Position numbers and translations under genes: made by a program | Notes under the pieces: generated by a model | Database searches by the model: none | Told to the model about the DNA's origin: nothing | Seen by the model: only the letters and a program-made list of their open reading frames with translations | Virus record (IMG/VR): IMGVR_UViG_3300008255_000158 | Location: 1-53,642 of that record | From: a virus | Lineage: Duplodnaviria > Caudoviricetes | Direction: 5' to 3' (one strand) | Length of the DNA stretch: 53,642 bases | In this document: positions 47,187-53,642 of the stretch, piece after piece | Numbering within the stretch: the stretch's first letter is position 1 | Layout: each line of letters opens with the position of its first letter

Positions 47187-47953
47187 ACGATTGCCTTCCC
47201 TTGGCCCCTCTGGGATCGTTTCTTCTCGGTTTCCGCCAGTCGCCTGTGGCGGGATTCACGAAACTCTTTGGCCTTTGGCGACAGTGAATAGAGAACGGGC
47301 TTTGCTCCCCGTTTCTTGTTGTCCAACCAGCCCGTGCTAGTTAGTTGACCAATTCTGGTGTGGATCGTTTGCTTCCCTGGGCATTTGGTCATTCTGAGGG
47401 GGCGCCCTTCTCTAATGACTCCGACGATAGTGCGAATCTCAGCAGCGGTCTGAGCACCCCTCTCTACGGCGTACATGACCTCCGCAAGGGCCATTGATTC
47501 CAACTGGGGCCACCCTAGTGATGCAGCCTCAGCCCTCATGAGGTCTTTCACGATCTCGCATGGGCCCGATTTCCCAGTCGATTCTTTCCACCTCTTCATG
47601 GTGTATTGTGGATCGGAGCGCAGAGAAGCGACTGTGGGTAAACCCATCTTTTTCCGGTGATAGAGCACTGTGTTCCGATGCACCCCAGTCATGAGTGCAA
47701 TCCGACGATCCGAGTATCCCTGCTTGTTGAGCTTCTTGAGGCGTCTGGCGAATTTCTGGGGATTGGTCTGGACTATCGATGAGCCGCGATTGCTATTACC
47801 CCACCTGTGACCAAGGTTGTAGCGTCTGATCCGATAAGCCGTAGTCCTGGGAATCCCCATGATGTCGGCGATCTCGGTATCAGTGAACCCCTGGCGATAC
47901 AGGCTGTCTACCGCTTCGCCGCGTTGCTTGTTTTTCTCGTTTTTGGTTGGCAC
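47183..47953 (-). CDS. Multi-HTH DNA-binding protein
   Basis: QGFTDTEIADIMGIPRTT and QGYSDRRIALMTGVHRNTV repeats plus a winged-helix-like end; GGAGCAAG RBS. Confidence 0.75.
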   Translation of the reverse strand: MPTKNEKNKQRGEAVDSLYRQGFTDTEIADIMGIPRTTAYRIRRYNLGHRWGNSNRGSSIVQTNPQKFARRLKKLNKQGYSDRRIALMTGVHRNTVLYHRKKMGLPTVASLRSDPQYTMKRWKESTGKSGPCEIVKDLMRAEAASLGWPQLESMALAEVMYAVERGAQTAAEIRTIVGVIREGRPLRMTKCPGKQTIHTRIGQLTSTGWLDNKKRGAKPVLYSLSPKAKEFRESRHRRLAETEKKRSQRGQGKAIV

Positions 47954-47992
47954 TTCTTGCTCCAGTGCTATGCCCGAAAACTATCACGACTT

Positions 47993-49432
47993 TCAAATCC
48001 TCGATGCCAGAATTTTACGAAGAGGGTTCCCGTCGCGGAGCTGGTTCATCACGAAATTCGCAACATGGATATTGGTCTTCAGTGACTGCAGCACAGACAG
48101 GTCAATTGACCCCTCCGTAACGAGGTCATAATAGGTAATCACCTTATGACCCTCCGACCCCTTACGTCTGATTCTGGCTTCGCTCTGTTGACGGGAAGCA
48201 ACCCGGTATGAGTTCGAGAAGTAGACGGCGGTGTCGGAACACGCTAGCTCGTTCATGCCGACCCCCATATCCGCCTGGCCAACAAATACTCTCGGCCCTT
48301 TTGGTGATGCAAAGGCTAAACGGGCTTCCTTACGTTCCTTGGCGCTCATTGAGCCCGAGTAACGGATCGCGCTGATAGCGCGACGATTCAACTCATCGAC
48401 GATTCGACGCAGCTCAGCGCTGTAGTTCGCCCAGACGACAATCTTACGCTTCGATGACAATTCCCCCTCAGCGATGAGAGAAGTCAACAGATCGAGCTTG
48501 GGACACGTCAGTCTCCGAGTCTTTCGTTTCGCCGATCCGGGGACATCGTAGTAAAAAAACCCGGAGGCAATCTGCCTCAGCTTCGTTACCTGCTGCACAA
48601 TGTAGTTAAACTCGATTGGCTCATCGTCGTTGTTGACGTTGAGCTCGAAGTGCTCGATGACGTCTTCGGAGTATCGCCGTTGCTGGCCCGACATCCGAGC
48701 GCCCTTGGTAATTGATGTCACTGGGGGCAGTTTGAGAACGTCATCCTCATGGACGTGGAACGCCACCTGCCCCAGCTTTTGAGCGATTTGGTCCTTGGCG
48801 TTTTTTCGGGGAAACCACCCGCTTGCACCACCACCAACATTGGCCTTGAGGTAGTACTTCTTCAGGAATTTCCACTGGTTGTCGCCGAAGGTTCGACCGA
48901 GGTCAATGAAGTTCATTTGGCCAAATATGTCAAGAATCTCATTGGTGATAGGTGAGCCGGTCAGTCCAAACCGTACAGGGATGTGGCGGGTAACTCCTAT
49001 GAGCTGCTTTGAGCGTTGCGAGGTCGAGTGCTTTATCAAGTGGCACTCATCGGCGATGACTGTCCGAAATGGCGATGCAGCGATTGCGTTCGCCACGTCT
49101 TCGTTCTTCACCAGATCGTAGGTGACGAAAGTCCAAGGTGGTAGCGCATTAGGGACGATGTTTTTGGCCTTTGCGCCCGATGTGACGAATTCCATATCCA
49201 GTGGTAATGAGCCCTCGGCTGTAAGCTCTGCCTCCCAGGTCATGAAGTCATCCCGGCGACAGACCACAAGTGCTGGCAGCTTTGCACACCTGATAGCTAA
49301 AAGGGTCTTACCGGTTCCGGGGCGCATGAAGATGCCGACTTGAGCCGGCTTGGGCCGTGACTCGATGAAGCGCTTTGCGCGCTTTTGGTGGGGTAGAAGG
49401 GGTCTGACTACTGGGGCTTTGTGGTCGGGCAT
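47993..49432 (-). CDS. SNF2-family helicase
   Basis: LLPHQ, PGTGKT, DECH, LTGSP, G.GMN and Q.E.RI.R. Confidence 0.9.
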   Translation of the reverse strand: MPDHKAPVVRPLLPHQKRAKRFIESRPKPAQVGIFMRPGTGKTLLAIRCAKLPALVVCRRDDFMTWEAELTAEGSLPLDMEFVTSGAKAKNIVPNALPPWTFVTYDLVKNEDVANAIAASPFRTVIADECHLIKHSTSQRSKQLIGVTRHIPVRFGLTGSPITNEILDIFGQMNFIDLGRTFGDNQWKFLKKYYLKANVGGGASGWFPRKNAKDQIAQKLGQVAFHVHEDDVLKLPPVTSITKGARMSGQQRRYSEDVIEHFELNVNNDDEPIEFNYIVQQVTKLRQIASGFFYYDVPGSAKRKTRRLTCPKLDLLTSLIAEGELSSKRKIVVWANYSAELRRIVDELNRRAISAIRYSGSMSAKERKEARLAFASPKGPRVFVGQADMGVGMNELACSDTAVYFSNSYRVASRQQSEARIRRKGSEGHKVITYYDLVTEGSIDLSVLQSLKTNIHVANFVMNQLRDGNPLRKILASRI

Positions 49433-49938
49433 TACTTGATCTCCACGATCCAGCACCATTCGTCGCGCTGCTCAACGGCCACGGACTTGATTTCGATGGT
49501 GAGGCGGGATGCCCAGTGGGGCATGGTGGCGGATGAGCGCCATTTCGCCGGGCCGTGTTTGTCGTCTCTGAGCGGCCCGTCGGCGCGATAGCAGGCGGTC
49601 CAATGAATGGGCCTATTGCCCACGATGCCGCTGTATGGAGCGCGCCGCCCAAAGCGAGCGGGGTCGATGTCGTCTGCGTCTGGGTCGAATAGCTGCCACG
49701 CCTCCCTCACCCAACGCCTCTCGCCAGGGACGCCGAGGGGGCATGGGACTTCGTGGCAGCACTCCGGCTCGAACGGATTAGCATGGTGCATGTTCGACCA
49801 CACCCAGCCCGTCGCCGTCTTGCCGAGCGAACGATAGAACTCCTTCGGCGGCTGCGGCTTCATCGCCCTCACCACCACCACCCGCCCAGTATCGAGCAGG
49901 GAGCGGACTTCTTCATCTCGGAGGATGAGGGATTTCAT
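49432..49938 (-). CDS. Conserved phage protein (ASCH/PUA-like)
   Basis: CP.G.PG.R.WVRE.W, YRAD and W.....MP.WASR.T.EI. Confidence 0.7.
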   Translation of the reverse strand: MKSLILRDEEVRSLLDTGRVVVVRAMKPQPPKEFYRSLGKTATGWVWSNMHHANPFEPECCHEVPCPLGVPGERRWVREAWQLFDPDADDIDPARFGRRAPYSGIVGNRPIHWTACYRADGPLRDDKHGPAKWRSSATMPHWASRLTIEIKSVAVEQRDEWCWIVEIK

Positions 49939-50252
49939 TCGGCGGGCTCCTTGGCATTTGCATAGCATTCCTCACAGTACGGCCCCTGGTCGCCGATGTA
50001 GAGGCTGTCATCGGCTCTCCCGGCGCGGCCGGTGGGCTCGCCGCAAACGAAGCAATATTCGCACTCTCCATGTAGCTTGCCTTGCTGCGGGTCGTGCTCG
50101 GTTCCGCAGCAACCTCGGTGGGCCTCGAATGCTGCCCTCGTCGGCTGGCGCTCAATGGCGGCGAGAAGATCTAGCAGGACAGTCTCGGTATTCTCGCCAA
50201 GATCACTCCTCAGTAGGTTGTGTTCCTTTTCGATCAGTTCGTCTCTTGTCAT
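49935..50252 (-). CDS. Cys-rich hypothetical protein
   Basis: GGAGG RBS; CxxC pairs. Confidence 0.6.
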   Translation of the reverse strand: MTRDELIEKEHNLLRSDLGENTETVLLDLLAAIERQPTRAAFEAHRGCCGTEHDPQQGKLHGECEYCFVCGEPTGRAGRADDSLYIGDQGPYCEECYANAKEPAE

Positions 50253-50672
50253 CACTCTTCCTCCTTCCGCGCCAGCGCGGCGCATTCGATCCGCGTCGTC
50301 GCCACCCGACACAAGGCGATGATGGCCTCGATCTCGGCGCGGTACTCGGCCGCGTGGTCAGGCTCGTGCTTCTCGCACAGGTCATCCAGCAAGGATGACC
50401 ATTCGTCGATGTGATGCGTCTCGCACCCGTAGGCGAGCCGTCCGTCTAGGTAGCACGTGGCCTCGTATCGTGAATAGACGCGGATGACCCCAGTACCGCG
50501 CAGGTGGGCCCAGCGCAGGTTGGCCCCGCGCAGGTTGGCCCCGCGCAGGTCGGCCCCGCGCAGGTTGGCATCGCGCAGGTCAGGCACGACACCATCTTCT
50601 CGCGCCTCGGCCACTATCTTCAATGCTTCGTCTCTTGTCATCACTCTTCCTCCTTCCGCGCCAACGCGGCGC
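50238..50672. repeat. 46-bp direct repeat (1 mismatch) at 50238-50283 and 50627-50672
   Basis: TTCGTCTCTTGTCATCACTCTTCCTCCTTCCGCGCCA(G/A)CGCGGCGC. Confidence 0.9.
50252..50641 (-). CDS. Pentapeptide-repeat protein
   Basis: A(N/D)LRG-type repeats encoded by 15-bp tandem repeats at ~50500-50582. Confidence 0.85.
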   Translation of the reverse strand: MTRDEALKIVAEAREDGVVPDLRDANLRGADLRGANLRGANLRWAHLRGTGVIRVYSRYEATCYLDGRLAYGCETHHIDEWSSLLDDLCEKHEPDHAAEYRAEIEAIIALCRVATTRIECAALARKEEE

Positions 50673-50937
50673 TTGCTTGCTCGATGAATGCGATCTGATT
50701 TCCAGTCAAGTACTTCTTCCAGAGGTTTTCACATCCGGTCATGCCTTTGGCCTCGGCGCGGGCGCAATTTTCGATGGATTCGACGCCGAACGTCAACACA
50801 TCGCGCAGCGCCGCAATCTCCGCCACAGGGTCGTCGAACTCACCTTGCGCCGTGGCAGGGGAGGATTCGAGGGCGGCGCGGCCAGCAATCCAGCCCATCC
50901 GGTCCGCGATCTCGTCCTTACTCAGCGGGCACTTCAT
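50641..50937 (-). CDS. Hypothetical protein
   Basis: GGAG RBS; ends in the repeated ALARKEEE junction. Confidence 0.6.
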   Translation of the reverse strand: MKCPLSKDEIADRMGWIAGRAALESSPATAQGEFDDPVAEIAALRDVLTFGVESIENCARAEAKGMTGCENLWKKYLTGNQIAFIEQASAALARKEEE

Positions 50938-51048
50938 GTCACGCTCTCCACTCTCTCCACTTCCACGATCCAGCACCATTCGTCGCGGACTTCGATGCGG
51001 CCAGGAAGGCGCGGAGGTTGGGGTAGGTCATCTTCTCCTCCTCCTCAA

Positions 51049-51312
51049 TCACACCCATATCGTTGACTCCACGCACTGACGCCAGCCGTCGAACTCGAAC
51101 TTGTAGTTGCCGGTAGCGAGGTCAATCTCACGCTCGTAGACCATACTCGTTCCGGTAAATGGGGACAGTTGACCGCTGGGCAGAAGGACTGGATCCTTGT
51201 CGTATCCGAAGCTCGGCATGATAAGCTTGACTGGCAGCCTACAGGTTTCCAGCTCGACGACGAACCCGTCTAGCGGACCGCCTTGTAACGAGTATCGAGT
51301 TATCGCACTCAT
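51049..51312 (-). CDS. Hypothetical protein (GGPLDG motif)
   Basis: GGAG RBS; ATGA overlap with the upstream gene. Confidence 0.65.
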   Translation of the reverse strand: MSAITRYSLQGGPLDGFVVELETCRLPVKLIMPSFGYDKDPVLLPSGQLSPFTGTSMVYEREIDLATGNYKFEFDGWRQCVESTIWV

Positions 51313-51839
51313 GATCTCCCCTTTGCCCGCGACTTGCGGGCTCGAAGTTGTTTGAGGTAGTCGAACAACGTATCTTCAGCTGAGGCGGACAGTCCACCTA
51401 TGCCCTTTTTGATGTCTTGGATACCGTCGTTCCAGGTATCGCGCCGTTTTTGAGCCCTAACGTCGTAGAGGTAGTTGACGACTCGAATCTGCCATGGATG
51501 TCGGGGTCGAGGAAGTGGCGGTGCGTCCTTTCCCCATACGATCTCGACTGCTTCACGAAGCTCCTTTCGGATGTGCGCTGGGGACACCCCGCGCTCCGCA
51601 GCGATCTCTCCGACTGTCCGATGAGTCGACATCGCTGCAACGATCCCACGACGACTGGAGACGTAGTCGTTGGGGGAGGTTGCGTCCTTAGCTTTGAATG
51701 ACCTGAGCCCGAGCTTGTTGATCCAGTAGTAGACAGTCGGAACGGAGACGCCGAGCTTGATCGCGCAGTAACGCGCCGATGGGGAAGATGTGTAAGCCTC
51801 GATGAACTGGTCATCGGTGATTGTGGGTGGCCGTGACAT
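51309..51839 (-). CDS. HTH DNA-binding protein
   Basis: CAIKLGVSVPTVYYW and EIAAERGVSPAHI. Confidence 0.7.
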   Translation of the reverse strand: MSRPPTITDDQFIEAYTSSPSARYCAIKLGVSVPTVYYWINKLGLRSFKAKDATSPNDYVSSRRGIVAAMSTHRTVGEIAAERGVSPAHIRKELREAVEIVWGKDAPPLPRPRHPWQIRVVNYLYDVRAQKRRDTWNDGIQDIKKGIGGLSASAEDTLFDYLKQLRARKSRAKGRS

Positions 51840-52114
51840 CAGTCGTCCTCACTCATCGGGCTCGGTCCGGGAAGCGCCTTGACGAATCTTATGAGGTCTC
51901 GTGGCAGATCTGATTCGATCTCTGCTTCAAATCCATCAATGAAGGTCATATGGAGCTCTGGAGGCCCTTCCAATCCCGCGCTGACATGAACTGAGGTAAC
52001 GAAGTGCAGAAGATGCTCATCACCGTTTGGCATCCTGATCCATACTTCTGTGCCCGCCGTCTCATTGACGAACTTCACGATGATCCGCGGCCGTTTCGTG
52101 GGGTTGTTACTCAT
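51839..52114 (-). CDS. Hypothetical protein
   Basis: GGAG RBS before ATG 52114. Confidence 0.6.
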   Translation of the reverse strand: MSNNPTKRPRIIVKFVNETAGTEVWIRMPNGDEHLLHFVTSVHVSAGLEGPPELHMTFIDGFEAEIESDLPRDLIRFVKALPGPSPMSEDD

Positions 52115-52388
52115 CGTCGAATCTCCATTCTTGAGGGACGGCTTCGGGGTCTTCTGGGGACGCGCAATCGACACAGAGCCACTCACCCTCGGATAGTTCC
52201 CAGTCGTTGCGGGCTGGTGATTCACCACACATCTCACAGTGGTGGGCGCTGGGTTGTGGCGCAATGCCGCCGAACCCATCTGTGTTGCCAATTGCCCGAC
52301 AATCAGAGATCTCATGACTGCAGGCCTCAGTCGGAGGTGACGGGTTTACACCGCAGACTGGGCCTTTGAAGATGTAAGGGCATTTCAT
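52107..52388 (-). CDS. Cys-rich metal-binding protein
   Basis: Eight Cys in two clusters; ATGA overlap with the upstream gene. Confidence 0.55.
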   Translation of the reverse strand: MKCPYIFKGPVCGVNPSPPTEACSHEISDCRAIGNTDGFGGIAPQPSAHHCEMCGESPARNDWELSEGEWLCVDCASPEDPEAVPQEWRFDDE

Positions 52389-52672
52389 TGATTCACCATG
52401 AAGACATGGAAGACGAGGGAGCCGTTAGCCATCAGCACAGTGCCAATGAACTCAAGATCATCTGTGACGTAGTCTAGGGGGTGGCCTACGCTCGCAATTC
52501 GGAAGGTTGTCGGCTCGGTCACTGGCTGGTTCATGGGAACTAGGCACCAGAGCTGTATTGACCCTGATGCCAATTCTCGCTGAGAACCCACACTGAGTGG
52601 TCTGGTTCCGATGGGCAGGTCGATCACGACCTTGTTACATGGGATGATCTCGTACCTACAGATCTTCATCAT
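52385..52672 (-). CDS. Conserved small phage protein
   Basis: LP.G...LSV..Q...LW.LV and FIGTV.....LVFHVF, a pattern common in phage accessory genes. Confidence 0.7.
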   Translation of the reverse strand: MMKICRYEIIPCNKVVIDLPIGTRPLSVGSQRELASGSIQLWCLVPMNQPVTEPTTFRIASVGHPLDYVTDDLEFIGTVLMANGSLVFHVFMVNQ

Positions 52673-52884
52673 TGGTTTGATTGTCCCTTCTTCTCAGCTT
52701 TCTCAGCCTTCTCAGCTCTGTGGCATCGGTTGCAGTAGAGGTCGTAGTAGGGCTGACCGTAGACGTTGGTGCGATTTATGATGTTCAGGAATCGTGCGGC
52801 TGATCTACCCCAATAGCGTTCACCGCACTTGTCACACTCCGCGTATTGTGAGGAGTTCAGGCCGTAGTTGATTGCATTGCTCAT
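52669..52884 (-). CDS. Zinc-finger protein
   Basis: CDKC...CNRC; GAGGT RBS; AEK x3 tail. Confidence 0.6.
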   Translation of the reverse strand: MSNAINYGLNSSQYAECDKCGERYWGRSAARFLNIINRTNVYGQPYYDLYCNRCHRAEKAEKAEKKGQSNQ

Positions 52885-53447
52885 CTGTAGGTGTTACCTC
52901 TCTTGTTCAGCCAACAGCTTCTGCACAGGCCCATGAGGTCAATTTGGCCTTTAGCTTTGTGGCAATTAGCGCAAGTGGCCGCGTCTGGGCCGTACGGGGT
53001 GGCATGACGCTCTGGAGAGTTGGGCCGATTGGTGGTAGGAAGTGGTACGATGGCTTCGGGAACCTCATTGGCCAGTTCGCGCTTGAGCTTGGGTTGGGGG
53101 GTCTTGAGCTTTCGCTCGATAGCCCCAATCCAAGATTCCGAGTCTGCAATACGGGTTAGCAGGTTTCGGATTAGGTATCTGGCCTTCGGCGACGACGACT
53201 GGTGAAGCTTGACTGGCTTCGGCTCGGGGTGGGTGTTCGGGCAGGGGAGATTGTCCTCGATGTAGTTAGTATCCATGCAGAGGGGGCAGGGGGCTGCTGG
53301 GATGCCAGATTGCTCGGGTGGTCCAGCAGAGCGAAGAGCGATCTCGAGGTCATCGAGTCTGATGACTAGTTGCCCCGTCGGTTCTTGGGTGAGTGTGATG
53401 ACCACTTGTGGCTTGGTCTTATCCATGGGCGGTTTCGATCCTTTCAC
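52881..53447 (-). CDS. Hypothetical protein with Cys pairs
   Basis: First ORF of the minus arm; CxxC motifs; start uncertain. Confidence 0.55.
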   Translation of the reverse strand: MKGSKPPMDKTKPQVVITLTQEPTGQLVIRLDDLEIALRSAGPPEQSGIPAAPCPLCMDTNYIEDNLPCPNTHPEPKPVKLHQSSSPKARYLIRNLLTRIADSESWIGAIERKLKTPQPKLKRELANEVPEAIVPLPTTNRPNSPERHATPYGPDAATCANCHKAKGQIDLMGLCRSCWLNKRGNTYR

Positions 53448-53642
53448 GGCAGCGATGACAGCGGCTGGTCAAGTCAGCAAACGACTTTGCTATGGATACT
53501 TTGCCAGCTAACGATAGCAAAAGCGTAGCAGGGACGTTCTGCAGGGGTGATTGGTGATTGTAGCCCCTACGGGTCATCTCAGCGACTAGCATGGTGTGTC
53601 GCTCATTGATGAACTGGGGTTCGACTAGTCCGTTGTTGCGGA

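Larger units (their letters stand above)
49442..50987. repeat. 26-bp perfect direct repeat at 49442-49467 and 50962-50987
   Basis: TCCACGATCCAGCACCATTCGTCGCG occurs twice. Confidence 0.9.

Noticed and set aside
49442-50987. Repeats as DGR template/variable regions, IS ends or att sites
   Set aside because: No reverse transcriptase, transposase or integrase in the window, and no pattern of adenine-specific mismatches
52688-52718. 9-bp tandem repeat (AEK x3)
   Set aside because: Short in-frame slippage repeat with no sign of function

Overview
The window looks like a complete or near-complete ~53.6 kb tailed-phage (siphovirus-type) genome with two arms. The + arm (0.6-29.9 kb) runs RuvC, terminase, two lipoproteins, portal, head genes, neck, holin, tail tube, a -1 frameshifted chaperone, tape measure and a GTA-like tail tip (Dit, hub, NlpC/P60, megatron-like, DUF2793-like). 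The - arm (30-53.5 kb) holds small early units, family A DNA polymerase, a nucleotide-modification cluster, a primase-MCM fusion, a Sak4/Cas4-like/SSB module, an SNF2 helicase and small accessory genes. I saw no integrase, tRNA, CRISPR array or recognisable endolysin. Best leads: (1) the terminator after polA carries a 17-nt loop antisense to an extended RBS (AGGAGCAAG) shared by a set of early genes, suggesting a 3'UTR anti-Shine-Dalgarno RNA; (2) two thymidylate-synthase-fold paralogues with Asp at the specificity position, beside a dCTPase/dUTPase and a DUF1599-like gene, suggesting an unknown modified pyrimidine; (3) a glycoside-hydrolase-like domain fused to two tandem tail-terminator domains; (4) proteins built from shuffled Tudor-like and 'LRxxGH(K/R)GG' modules; (5) a 1.5 kb cassette bounded by nested direct repeats. 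All family calls come from motif recognition by eye, not database searches.
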